Positions 1 to 7,925 of a stretch of 24,000 bases of DNA are shown here, piece after piece. This DNA is from Elusimicrobiota bacterium. Its GTDB lineage: Bacteria > Elusimicrobiota > Elusimicrobia > UBA1565 > UBA9628. The translations under genes and the position numbers were made by a program. The stretch spans positions 1 through 24,000 of the forward strand of contig DAHVWT010000009.1 in the NCBI GenBank assembly GCA_027327915.1. Reading direction: 5' to 3'. The first letter of the stretch is position 1, and every line of letters starts with the position of its first letter. The notes beneath the pieces are model-generated. The model searched no databases, was not told the DNA's origin, and saw only the letters and a list, made by a program, of their open reading frames with translations.

Positions 1-584
1 GATCCGCCGGTGTCGGAGCCCAGGGAGACGGGAGCGAATCCCGCGGCGACCGCCGCGGCCGACCCTCCCGAGGAGCCGCCGGGGACGTGCCCCGGAGCCC
101 AAGGGTTCTGGGTTGGGAAGAAGGCAGAGTTCTCCGTCGAGGAGCCCATCGCGAACTCGTCAAGATTGGTTTTTCCAATGATGACGGCATCCTCGCTTTT
201 GAGGAGATCGACGACGGTCGCGTCGTAGGGAGACCGGTAGTTCTCGAGAATGCGCGAGCCGCAGGTCGTGATCGTCCCCTTGACGAGCATGTTGTCCTTG
301 AGCGCGACGGGGACCCCCGCGAGGCGTCCGAGCCTGCCTCCCTCCCGGCGCTTGCGATCCACCGCGCGCGCCGATTCCATCGCGTCGTCCTCGAAGACGG
401 CGAGAAAGGCTTTGATCGTGGGGTCGCCCTCTCTGACGGCGTCGAGACGGCCTCGGACGATCTCCTCGGCCGAGGTCTCGCCCGAGCGCACGCCGCCGGC
501 GATGGCGGACGCGGAGAGAGAGCCCCCGGCCCTCCCTTCCTCTTTGAGGCGGGGAGGCTTGGAGGGAGGCGGAGTTTGGCTCAT
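1..584 (-). CDS. gatA: Glu-tRNA(Gln)/Asp-tRNA(Asn) amidotransferase subunit A (GatA), N-terminal part; 3' end runs off the window
   Basis: Hand translation of the minus strand from ATG 584..582 gives [43 protein letters not shown]...[10 protein letters not shown]...[19 protein letters not shown]...[26 protein letters not shown]. This is the amidase signature. The ATG forms an ATGA overlap with the gatC stop. Absent from the ORF track because it has no in-window stop. Confidence 0.9.
   Translation of the reverse strand, partial: MSQTPPPSKPPRLKEEGRAGGSLSASAIAGGVRSGETSAEEIVRGRLDAVREGDPTIKAFLAVFEDDAMESARAVDRKRREGGRLGRLAGVPVALKDNMLVKGTITTCGSRILENYRSPYDATVVDLLKSEDAVIIGKTNLDEFAMGSSTENSAFFPTQNPWAPGHVPGGSSGGSAAAVAAGFAPVSLGSDTGG
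531..557. repeat. Polypyrimidine/polypurine inverted repeat (hairpin-capable), copy 1, inside the gatA N-terminal extension
   Basis: Plus strand cctcccttcctc-ttt-gaggcggggagg. The 12-nt arms give 10 Watson-Crick pairs, 1 G:T and 1 mismatch. A further G-rich tract ggagggagg follows at 561..569. Confidence 0.5.
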
Positions 585-871
585 TCGATGACCTTGCGCA
601 CTTTGAAGTAAGAGCCCTCTCTCTCGGGGGCGAGTTCCACGAGATCGGAAGCGTCCGCGAAGGGCGCGGGCGCGTCCTCGCGCGGCGACGGCTCGATCCA
701 GGGGACGGAGGCCGTGGGGGGAACATTGCTGGTGTCGAGCTGGCGGATCTTGGCCATGGAGTCGAGGATGCGAGACATCTGGCCTTGATAAAGAGCGATC
801 TCGTCTTGGGAAAGCTTGAGCCGGGCGAGCTTCGCGATCTTGGCGACTTCCTCGGGGGAAATGGAGCTCAT
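581..871 (-). CDS. gatC: Glu-tRNA(Gln)/Asp-tRNA(Asn) amidotransferase subunit C (GatC)
   Basis: Internal ATG at 871 of ORF 581..1057 gives 96 aa: [47 protein letters not shown]...[11 protein letters not shown], a typical GatC. ATGA overlap with the helicase stop (868..871) and with the gatA start (581..584). Confidence 0.9.
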   Translation of the reverse strand: MSSISPEEVAKIAKLARLKLSQDEIALYQGQMSRILDSMAKIRQLDTSNVPPTASVPWIEPSPREDAPAPFADASDLVELAPEREGSYFKVRKVIE

Positions 872-3051
872 GCGGGCTCGAGGGGGGCGTAGCGCAACAG
901 GAGGCGGGCGGTGCGGCCGTCGTCGAAGCGAACGGTCAGCTTCGCCGTCTCCCCGCTGCCCGAGGAGTCGAGGATGCGGCCCATCCCGAAGCTCGGATGG
1001 CGCACCCGCATGCCGATGGAGACGCGGGAAAGCCGACGATGGACCTCGGCGGAGCAAGCGCCCCGATCATCACCCTCCCCTCTTGAAGGGGAGGGAAGGG
1101 AGGAGGGGACGGTCTCATGCGGCGCCGTGAAAAGACCGGTCTCGATGATGAATCGCGAGGGAAGATTGGCGTAGATCTGGCCGAAGAGACGGCGGGTATG
1201 CGCGTAGGTGAGATAAAGCCGGTCCTTGGCCCTGGTCATGCCGACGTAGGCGAGGCGACGCTCCTCCTCGAGCTCGTTTTCGGGGCGGCCGTCCGAGCCG
1301 ATCGGGAAAAGACCCTCCTCCAGTCCCGTCAGGAAGACCACCGGGAACTCAAGCCCCTTGGCCAGATGCACGGTCATCAGAGTCACGGCCGGCTTGGCGG
1401 GGTCGTCGACGTCACGGTCTCCTCCGATGAGGGAGATCGCGTTGAGGTAGTCCCCGAGGGTGGCGGGCTCGGAGGACTTCGCCTCGAAATCCTTCGCGGC
1501 GTTGATGAGCTCCTGGAGGTTGTCAATGCGGGAGAGGGCTTGGGTGTCGGTCTCCGCTTCCCGTTCGAGCGCCGCGAGGTAGCCCGAACGCTCCAGGATT
1601 ATTTCGAGGCCCGCCGACGCGCCGGCCTTGCCGAGATCGGCGCGCAACGCCTCGATGGTCTCGACGAAGCCCTGGATGCCGTGCCGGGACTTCGGATGCA
1701 GCCCCGGGATCTCGGAAGCGGCGCGGAAGGCTTCCCAGAGCGACAGTCCGCGTTCCAAGGCGTGGGCGCCGACTCGCTTGACGGAAGTCTCTCCCACGTG
1801 GCGCGCGGGCTCGTTGAGGGCCCGAAGGAGACTCAGCTCGTCCGCCTCGTTGAGGAGAAAGCGGGCGTAGGCGAGAACGTCCTTGATCTCCTTGCGCTCG
1901 TAGAAGCGCATGGCGCCGACCAGCCGGTAGGGAAAGCCAGCCGCCCGCAGGGATTCCTCAAAAAGCCGGCTCTGGGCGTTGGTGCGGTAGAAAATCGCGA
2001 TCTCCCTGAGGGAGCGGCCCTCCGAGACGAGATGGGAAATTTCCCGGATGACCCGGGAGGCCTCCTCCCGCTCGTCGGGGAGCTCGAGGGAACGGATGGG
2101 GTCGCCGGCCCCTCGGGTGGTCCAGAGTTTCTTTGATTTGCGGCTTAAATTGTGTCCGATCACCCGGTTGGCGGCCTTGAGGATCTCGGGGGTCGAGCGG
2201 TAGTTCTCGTCCAATGTCACGACCTTGGCGTTCGGGAAATCGCGTTCGAACTCGAGGATGTTGCGGATGTCGGCGCCCCGCCAGGAGTAGACGCTCTGGT
2301 CGTCGTCGCCCACGACGCAAAGCTCGCGATGCCCGTTCGCCAGGCCCTTTGTCAGCACGTATTGGCAGTGGTTGGTGTCCTGGTACTCGTCGATCAAGAT
2401 GTGGAGGAAGCGATCTTGGTAGCGCTTGAGGATCTCCGGGTGCTCCTTGAAGAGGAGATTCACCTTGAGGAGGAGGTCCCCGAAGTCGACGGCGCCCGAG
2501 GCCTGGAGACGCTTCTGGTATTCCGAGTAGATGACGGCGGCGGTCTTGCGGTGGGCGTCCGGGGAGGCTCCGGCGTAGATCGCGTAGGAGTCGGCGTCCA
2601 GGAGATCGTCCTTGGCGCGGGAGATGATGTTCACATAGAGCCCGGCCTTGTGCGAGTGCTCGGAAAAACCCTGGGCCTTCAGGATCTCGGCGATGAGTTT
2701 TTTTTGGTCCGTCTCGTCGTAGATCGTGAAGTGCCGGGGGAGCTTCGCCTGCTGGTGGTGCTCGCGAAGAAGTCGGAGGGCCAGCGAATGGAACGTCTGC
2801 ACCCAGACCAAAGGAGCCTGGCCGGGAATCAGGGCGGCGATGCGCCTTTTCATCTCCTCGGCCGCCTTGTTCGTGAAGGTGACGGCGAGGATGCGGTGAG
2901 AGGGGATGCCCTGCTCGACCAAGTAAGCCACGCGATGGACGATGACGCGGGTTTTTCCCGTGCCGGCCCCCGCGAGGACCAAAAGCGGCCCTCCCGTGTA
3001 GGAGACGGCTTCCCTCTGTCGGGGGTTTAAGACGTTGAGGTCGACGGTCAT
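868..3051 (-). CDS. pcrA: ATP-dependent DNA helicase, UvrD/PcrA family (SF1), with C-terminal Tudor-like domain
   Basis: Motifs [20 protein letters not shown] (Walker A), [43 protein letters not shown] and VGMTRAK; C-terminus [16 protein letters not shown]...TVRFDDG. The upstream part of ORF 868..3123 reads through a tRNA gene, so the start is placed at ATG 3051 ([12 protein letters not shown]). ATG 3063 and ATG 3066 are alternative starts. Confidence 0.9.
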   Translation of the reverse strand: MTVDLNVLNPRQREAVSYTGGPLLVLAGAGTGKTRVIVHRVAYLVEQGIPSHRILAVTFTNKAAEEMKRRIAALIPGQAPLVWVQTFHSLALRLLREHHQQAKLPRHFTIYDETDQKKLIAEILKAQGFSEHSHKAGLYVNIISRAKDDLLDADSYAIYAGASPDAHRKTAAVIYSEYQKRLQASGAVDFGDLLLKVNLLFKEHPEILKRYQDRFLHILIDEYQDTNHCQYVLTKGLANGHRELCVVGDDDQSVYSWRGADIRNILEFERDFPNAKVVTLDENYRSTPEILKAANRVIGHNLSRKSKKLWTTRGAGDPIRSLELPDEREEASRVIREISHLVSEGRSLREIAIFYRTNAQSRLFEESLRAAGFPYRLVGAMRFYERKEIKDVLAYARFLLNEADELSLLRALNEPARHVGETSVKRVGAHALERGLSLWEAFRAASEIPGLHPKSRHGIQGFVETIEALRADLGKAGASAGLEIILERSGYLAALEREAETDTQALSRIDNLQELINAAKDFEAKSSEPATLGDYLNAISLIGGDRDVDDPAKPAVTLMTVHLAKGLEFPVVFLTGLEEGLFPIGSDGRPENELEEERRLAYVGMTRAKDRLYLTYAHTRRLFGQIYANLPSRFIIETGLFTAPHETVPSSLPSPSRGEGDDRGACSAEVHRRLSRVSIGMRVRHPSFGMGRILDSSGSGETAKLTVRFDDGRTARLLLRYAPLEPA
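1073..1095. repeat. Perfect 9-bp polypyrimidine/polypurine hairpin (copy 2) in the helicase linker
   Basis: Plus strand ccctcccct-cttga-aggggaggg, followed by aagggaggagggg. Encodes the Pro/Ser-rich linker [12 protein letters not shown] between the helicase core and the C-terminal domain. Confidence 0.6.
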
Positions 3052-3065
3052 GACGCGCGTCATCA

Positions 3066-3137
3066 TGCGCTCGCCAGGAATCGAACCTGGATACCAAGCT
3101 TCGCAGGCTTGTACACTATCCATTGTGTTACGAGCGC
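3066..3137 (-). tRNA. tRNA-Arg, anticodon GCG, no encoded CCA
   Basis: Reverse complement folds as a cloverleaf: GCGCTCG-TA-ACAC-AATGGATA-GTGT-A-CAAGC-CTGCGAA-GCTTG-GTAT-CCAGG-TTCGATT-CCTGG-CGAGCGC-A. It has a 7-bp acceptor stem, 4-bp D stem, 5-bp anticodon stem with loop CU-GCG-AA, 5-bp T stem and a TTCGATT loop; 72 nt in total. Confidence 0.85.
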
Positions 3138-3154
3138 TTCAGCGATGGCGCGAA

Positions 3155-3163
3155 ATTATACCA
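3155..3163 (-). promoter_or_regulatory. Extended -10 promoter element (TGGTATAAT) upstream of tRNA-Arg
   Basis: Minus-sense tggtataat matches TGnTATAAT. Its 3' end lies 17 nt upstream of tRNA position 1. No good -35 is present (cacgcc), as is common for extended -10 promoters. Confidence 0.4.
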
Positions 3164-3213
3164 TTCATGTCCCCCATGGCGTGGCTGGGATTTTCCGGCT
3201 ACAATAAAGCCGC

Positions 3214-5343
3214 TTGAACCTTTTTACCCGGTTCTTTCTCGTTTTATTCGTCTTCGCCATGCTCCCTATCCTGGCGAGCGGCGTCTGGATCATCAAGTGG
3301 AACGGGCAGATCCGCGAGAACGCCAAGCGTTCTCACGAGGCCGTGGCTCAGTTCGCCCGGGGCCTCGTCGAGGCCGAGGCGGTGACGATGAACAAGTCCT
3401 TGGCCTTCGCGGAGCCCCTGGAGCGCGACTACGGCCAGCATGTTTCCTACGAGAGGAAAATTCTCGTCGAGAACGTCTCGCGTCATCCCTTTCTCGCCTT
3501 CGCGGCCGTCTTGGGCCCGGACGGCAAGACGGTCGACCGGCTCGAAATGCGCCAGGAAAGCCTTTTTGGCGACCGTGCCGTCGTCTCCCCGGATCTTCTC
3601 GGCCGGGCCTCGAGGACGAAACGCGTCGCCTTGGGCCCTATCGAGCTGGCCAACGGCGTCCCCGTCCAGCCGATCGCCTATCCCTTCGATGATGGACGCT
3701 TTCTCTATGTCGTTTATTCGCTCAAGAACCTAGCCGGCGACCTCAAGAGACTCAAGGTCGGCGCGAACGGCGTCATCGTCCTTCTCGACGGCTCGGGGAT
3801 CCAAGTTCCTGGCTTTGGGGCCGCGGACCTCAAGCTGAACCTGGGGAAGCGCTCGAAGGGAAGCCCCGCGCTCCTCGCGGGGACATCCGGCTGGCTGACC
3901 TCGGTCCCCAGCGACGACGGCGTTCAGGTCGCGGCCTTCGAACTCGCCCCTACGTTTCCGCTGTGGGTCCTGAGCGTCCAGAAAAGGTCCGAGGCCTTCG
4001 CTCAGCCGCCTCATTTCGTGGCCCAAGTGGCGACTTTCCTGATCGCGCTTGGGTTCTTGATCATCATAGGGGCCTACGCCATCTCGGCGGGCCTGACCCG
4101 GCCCATCAAGCAGCTCATCATCGCCTCCGACAACGTGGCCCGCTCCGAATTCGACAAGCCCGTCCCACCCATCGGGTGGGCGGAACTTGGCCAGCTCGCG
4201 GGCGCCTTCAACGAGATGATGCGGCGGCTCAACTCCTACAAGAAGCTCCAAGTCGAGAAGCTTCTCGAGGAAAAGGCGAAAGTCGAGGCGCTCGTCCATA
4301 ATATTCCGGACGCTATCATCATGGCCGGCTTCGACGGGTCCGTGTTCTACCTCAATGGAGCGGCGCGCCATCTGCTGGGCCTCGACGGCGCCTCGGAAAG
4401 GGAGGGCGGGGGAGCGATGAAAGTCACCGAGGCCCTAAGCGTTCCCGAGATCCGAAGCATGGCCTTCGGGCTGCTGAGCCATAAGAAGCGGGCGGACGCC
4501 GCCGAGTTCGCCGTGCGCGGGAAAGACGGGGCTCCCCAAGGGGTCTTCGCTTGCCGGGCTCTCACCGTCCAGAGCGCCGGCCGCGAAGTGGGCATCCTCA
4601 TCGCCTTGCGAGACGTCACGGCCGAGAGGGAGTTGGACAAAATGAAGGAGGAGTTCATGCACGCGATCGTGCACGATCTGCGCAACCCGCTTTCCGCCGT
4701 CGAGGGTTTTATCGGGCTCCTCGCGCGCAGTCCCACCCTCGGGTCCAAGGAAAAGATGATGATGGGCTACGTCAAGACCGCGACCGACACTCTGCGCCAA
4801 CTCGTCAGCGACATTCTAGATCTGGCCAAGCTCGAGTCCGGCACGAAAGACCTCAAGCTCGAGCAGACGAGCGCCCTCGAGATACTGGAGTCCTTGAAGG
4901 CGCTTTTCAGCCTCCAGACCCAGGCCGCCTCCATGAACCTGGTCTTCAGCCCCGGCCCGCCTCCCCTCGAATTCGTGGGGGACCGGGAACTCTTGACCCG
5001 CGTCATGATGAACCTCATCGGCAACTCCCTCAAGTTCACCCCCAAAGGAGGCACCATCACCGCCTATATCGGGTCGAAGGGGGGGATGATGGAGTTCTAC
5101 GTTCAGGACACGGGGCGCGGCATCCCGGCCGACAAGCTCGACTTCGTCTTCGAGAAGTTCAAGCAGCTGGATGCCGGCAAGGCCACGCGGTCGGGTTACG
5201 GCCTCGGGCTTTCCATCTGCAAAAAGATCGTGGAGCTCCACGGCGGACGTATTTGGGCCGAGTCCGAGGAAGGCAAGGGCGCCCGCTTCATCTTCCAAAT
5301 CCCGCGCCATGCGGTCGTGGAGGCCGCCAAAGCCGCGGCCTAG
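3214..5343 (+). CDS. Membrane sensor histidine kinase (2 TM + extracytoplasmic domain, HAMP, PAS, HisKA, HATPase_c)
   Basis: N-terminal TM FFLVLFVFAMLPILASGVWII and second TM VATFLIALGFLIIIGAYAI. HAMP-like RPIKQLIIASDNVARSEFDKPV...LAGAFNEMMRRL; PAS-like LVHNIPDAIIMAGFDGSVFYLNGAARHLLG. H-box EFMHAIVHDLRNPL, N-box MMNLIGNSLKFTP, and G-boxes DTGRGIP and GYGLGLSICKKIVELHGG. The only in-frame start after the upstream TAA is TTG 3214, with no obvious SD. Confidence 0.9.
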   Translation: MNLFTRFFLVLFVFAMLPILASGVWIIKWNGQIRENAKRSHEAVAQFARGLVEAEAVTMNKSLAFAEPLERDYGQHVSYERKILVENVSRHPFLAFAAVLGPDGKTVDRLEMRQESLFGDRAVVSPDLLGRASRTKRVALGPIELANGVPVQPIAYPFDDGRFLYVVYSLKNLAGDLKRLKVGANGVIVLLDGSGIQVPGFGAADLKLNLGKRSKGSPALLAGTSGWLTSVPSDDGVQVAAFELAPTFPLWVLSVQKRSEAFAQPPHFVAQVATFLIALGFLIIIGAYAISAGLTRPIKQLIIASDNVARSEFDKPVPPIGWAELGQLAGAFNEMMRRLNSYKKLQVEKLLEEKAKVEALVHNIPDAIIMAGFDGSVFYLNGAARHLLGLDGASEREGGGAMKVTEALSVPEIRSMAFGLLSHKKRADAAEFAVRGKDGAPQGVFACRALTVQSAGREVGILIALRDVTAERELDKMKEEFMHAIVHDLRNPLSAVEGFIGLLARSPTLGSKEKMMMGYVKTATDTLRQLVSDILDLAKLESGTKDLKLEQTSALEILESLKALFSLQTQAASMNLVFSPGPPPLEFVGDRELLTRVMMNLIGNSLKFTPKGGTITAYIGSKGGMMEFYVQDTGRGIPADKLDFVFEKFKQLDAGKATRSGYGLGLSICKKIVELHGGRIWAESEEGKGARFIFQIPRHAVVEAAKAAA

Positions 5344-5346
5344 GGA

Positions 5347-5973
5347 TTAGTCTTCGCTGCGGATGATGTCGATCTCGATGCGGCGGTTGGCCGCGCGATT
5401 CGCGGGCGTGGTGTTCGGCTTCAAGGGACGGTATTCGCCGTAGCCTGTCGCGGAGAGCCGGTAGGCGGGAACGCCCGCGTGCTCGAAGAACTCAAGCACG
5501 CTGAAGGCGCGCGCGGCGGAGAGCTCCCAGTTGGATTTGAAGGGAGAGTGCGGTCCCAGGGGCTGGTTGTCCGTGTGGCCCTCGATCGACACGTGGTTGG
5601 GGATGTCCCGCAGGGCGGCGGCCAACTGGCGCAGTTGGTCCTCCGTCGCCTCCTTGAGGGTGTCCGATCCGGGGTTGAAGAGCACGGGCTCGCTGAAATA
5701 AAGCTTGATCCGGTTGCGCGTCACCTCGAGCTTGGCGATCTTTTGGATCCCATAGGAGGAGAAGAGCTCCTCGATGAGGCGGCTTTGCTTGCCGAACTGG
5801 CTTTCGATCGACTTGAGGCTCATGTTGACCGCCATGCTCTTCGCGGAGATGCCGGCCGCCATCAGGAGAAAAAAGACCGTCAGAAAGCTCATCAAGTCGC
5901 CGTAGGTGATCGCCCAGAGGGCGCCTTTGTTGAGCTGCACCTCGAGCTCGTCCGTCGCGTCGGATTCAATCAT
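5347..5973 (-). CDS. motB: MotB-type stator protein (OmpA-like peptidoglycan-binding C-terminal domain)
   Basis: TM segment with the conserved Asp (WAITYGDLMSFLTVFFLL). OmpA-like C-terminus IEGHTDNQP...NWELSAARAFSV...ATGYGEYRP...NRRIEI. ATGA overlap with motA. Confidence 0.85.
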   Translation of the reverse strand: MIESDATDELEVQLNKGALWAITYGDLMSFLTVFFLLMAAGISAKSMAVNMSLKSIESQFGKQSRLIEELFSSYGIQKIAKLEVTRNRIKLYFSEPVLFNPGSDTLKEATEDQLRQLAAALRDIPNHVSIEGHTDNQPLGPHSPFKSNWELSAARAFSVLEFFEHAGVPAYRLSATGYGEYRPLKPNTTPANRAANRRIEIDIIRSED

Positions 5974-6779
5974 GGAGCGCGAGCGGCCGCTGGCGCCACG
6001 GCGCTCGCGGGAGCCTCCTCGGCCTCCACGCGGCGGCGGGCCGCGTAGGCGGAGAGGTGGGTCTCGATGACGTAGGGGGACTTGCCCGAGGCGATGTCGA
6101 GAACCCCCTCGAGAAGGATCTCGTAGATAAGCGTCTCTTCGATGACCTTGAGCCTGATGTGGCCGGCGACGGGGACGCAGATGAGGTTCGCGGTCGAGAT
6201 CCCCAGGAAGGCCGAGGACAAAGCGAGGGCCATGGCCGGGCCCACGCGAGTCGGGTCCGACATCGTCTGAAGCACTTTGACCATGCCGATGAGGGTGCCG
6301 AGGAGCCCGAACATCGGAGTCAAGATGCCGATGGTTCTGAAAGTATTGGAATCCTCCATGCCGTCCGAGCGGCGGCGTTTAACCTCCGCCTCCATCATCC
6401 GGCGCGTCTCGGCGGTCTCGCCCGATGAGACGGCGGCGATGACGGCGCGATGGAGGAAGCCGTCGGCGAAGTTCTGGCTTTCGCCCTGGATCGCGAGGAT
6501 GCCGCCTCCGGATTGCGCCAGGCGCGCCAAGCGCACGGCTTCGGCGATGGCCTGCTCCGGAGCGGGCAGCCGGTCGGGGAGGAAGAGGCGCAAGAGACGC
6601 GTGAAAGCGCGCCAGATCATCGTCCCCGGCGTGGAAATCATCGTGGCCGCCAGGCTTCCGCCGTAGACGATGATGAGGGCGTGGCCGCCCAGGAAGGTGC
6701 CGACGGCGCCGATATGTTCGAGGGCCCAAGCGATGACGGCCGCGCCCAACAGGGCGCCGATCCACACGGAGAGCGTCAC
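5970..6779 (-). CDS. motA: MotA-type proton-channel stator protein (MotA/TolQ/ExbB family)
   Basis: Four predicted TM segments. Cytoplasmic loop GGILAIQGES...DGFLHRAV; TM3/4 motifs ILTPMFGLLGTLIGM and AFLGISTANLICVPVAG. GTG start at 6779 preceded by AAGGAG. Confidence 0.85.
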   Translation of the reverse strand: MTLSVWIGALLGAAVIAWALEHIGAVGTFLGGHALIIVYGGSLAATMISTPGTMIWRAFTRLLRLFLPDRLPAPEQAIAEAVRLARLAQSGGGILAIQGESQNFADGFLHRAVIAAVSSGETAETRRMMEAEVKRRRSDGMEDSNTFRTIGILTPMFGLLGTLIGMVKVLQTMSDPTRVGPAMALALSSAFLGISTANLICVPVAGHIRLKVIEETLIYEILLEGVLDIASGKSPYVIETHLSAYAARRRVEAEEAPASAVAPAAARAP

Positions 6780-6797
6780 GAGAATCTCCTTATGTTT

Positions 6798-7481
6798 TTA
6801 AAGCCTGAACAAATAACCGATCTTGAAAATCGTCTGGATGCGCTCGCCGTAGGCCCCGAGCTTTTTGCGCAGGTTCTGGATCTCCTTGTCGACGTTGCGC
6901 TCGTCCTTCGACGCCCCGTTCTGCTTCCAGATTTCCTTGAGAAGGAGCGAGCGCGGCAGCGCCCGGTTGGCTTGGCCGACGAAGTAGCTCAGAAGCTCGT
7001 ATTCGAGAGGGCGAAGGTCGATGATCTTGCCGTTCAAGGAGACCCGCCTTTCCTCCGGGAAAATCGAGAGATCCCCGGCCTTGACGGGCAAGCTGTCCGT
7101 GCTGCGCGCGCCGACGCGGCGGAGCAGGCTCTCCAAGCGAAGAACGAGGAGCCTTTCCTCGACGGGCTTGGCCAGGTAGTCGTCCGCGCCGGCCTCGAGG
7201 GCCTTGACGGCATCCTCGGAGCGGACGTCGTGGGCCGAGACGGCCACGATGAGGAGATTCGAGGTCTCGGCGTTGGACCGAAGGGCGCGGATCACCTCCC
7301 GCCCGTGCATGCCGGGGATCTGCATGTCGAGGATCACCGCCTGCGGCTGAAAGCGAGTCAGGCCGTCGAAAAAGCGCCCCGCGGTCGGGAAATGTTGGAC
7401 GGAGTAACCCATGTCCTTAAGAAGCCTCTGCCATAAATCGCCCCAATCGAGGTCGTCGTCGACGACGGCCACTCTGATCAC
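6798..7481 (-). CDS. OmpR/PhoB-family response regulator (receiver + winged-helix DNA-binding domain)
   Basis: Receiver motifs VAVVDDD, AVILDMQIPGMHG, VAVSA and DDYLAKP. C-terminal LRPLEYELLSYF...VDKEIQNLRKKL...IFKIGYLF. GTG start at 7481 preceded by GGAG. Confidence 0.9.
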   Translation of the reverse strand: MIRVAVVDDDLDWGDLWQRLLKDMGYSVQHFPTAGRFFDGLTRFQPQAVILDMQIPGMHGREVIRALRSNAETSNLLIVAVSAHDVRSEDAVKALEAGADDYLAKPVEERLLVLRLESLLRRVGARSTDSLPVKAGDLSIFPEERRVSLNGKIIDLRPLEYELLSYFVGQANRALPRSLLLKEIWKQNGASKDERNVDKEIQNLRKKLGAYGERIQTIFKIGYLFRL

Positions 7482-7498
7482 GCGGTCTCCGCAAGCAC

Positions 7499-7918
7499 TT
7501 ATTCGCCGAGCCCCAGAGCGTCGCTCACGCGCGCGATCAGATCCTCGGTTTCAAAGGGCTTCAAGATGTAGTCCGTTGCTCCGGAGTTGAGGCCCGTGTT
7601 GATGGGCGTCAGCTCCGAATTGACGGTGCACATGATGATGGGAGTGTCCGCCCGCGGGCCGTCCTTGCGGATTCTGCGGCAGATATCGAAGCCGTCCATG
7701 TCGGGGAGACGCACGTCGAGCAGGACGAGGTCCGGCTGGAAGGAGGCGTAGAGGCGGAGGCCCTCGGCGCCGTTGGCCGCCTCGGTGACGTCAAAGCCCT
7801 TGTCCTCGAGCACGTCTCGGATCAGAGTCCGGAAGTCGGGTTCGTCCTCGACGATGAGGATTTTTTTCTTTCCGGGCGCCACGCCATCATTTATAACAGG
7901 ATGGCGTGGCCAAGTCAA
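7499..7918 (-). CDS. Single-domain CheY-like response regulator
   Basis: KKILIVEDEPD, DLVLLDVRLPDMDG, IIMCTV and DYILKPF cover the full set of receiver residues, and there is no output domain. Start is uncertain: TTG 7918 (GGTGAG 7 nt upstream) or GTG 7882. A promoter-like element overlaps the first 12 codons. Confidence 0.8.
   Translation of the reverse strand: MTWPRHPVINDGVAPGKKKILIVEDEPDFRTLIRDVLEDKGFDVTEAANGAEGLRLYASFQPDLVLLDVRLPDMDGFDICRRIRKDGPRADTPIIMCTVNSELTPINTGLNSGATDYILKPFETEDLIARVSDALGLGE
7878..7910. repeat. Perfect 11-bp inverted repeat with an 11-nt AT-rich loop
   Basis: gccacgccatc (7878..7888), atttataacag, gatggcgtggc (7900..7910). The arms are exact reverse complements. Confidence 0.85.
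7890..7918 (-). promoter_or_regulatory. Near-consensus sigma70-type promoter TTGACT-N17-TATAAA facing the cheY-like/ompR-type/motAB genes
   Basis: Minus sense: TTGACT (7918..7913), 17-nt spacer, TATAAA (7895..7890). Each hexamer matches the consensus at 5 of 6 positions with optimal spacing. The inverted-repeat arms occupy the spacer and the predicted +1 region. Confidence 0.5.
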
Positions 7919-7925
7919 TGCTTGC

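Noticed and set aside
3052-3123. N-terminal extension of the helicase ORF (MDSVQACEAWYPGSIPGER...)
   Set aside because: This stretch is the translation of the tRNA-Arg gene on the same strand, not coding sequence.
4957-4985. ccgcctcccctcgaattcgtgggggaccggg in the kinase, resembling the polypyrimidine/polypurine hairpin module
   Set aside because: It lies on the other strand relative to the gene. It encodes a conserved-position segment just before the N-box (PPLEFVGDRELL) and has only a 4-bp CCCC/GGGG stem. It is best explained by GC-rich codon composition.
5347-6779. MotA/MotB pair as a Zorya-type (ZorAB) anti-phage defence module
   Set aside because: Both proteins have ordinary stator sizes (269 and 208 aa). 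The MotA homologue lacks a long ZorA-like C-terminal tail. No ZorC/D/E-like helicase or nuclease genes are adjacent, and the neighbours are two-component and cell-wall genes.
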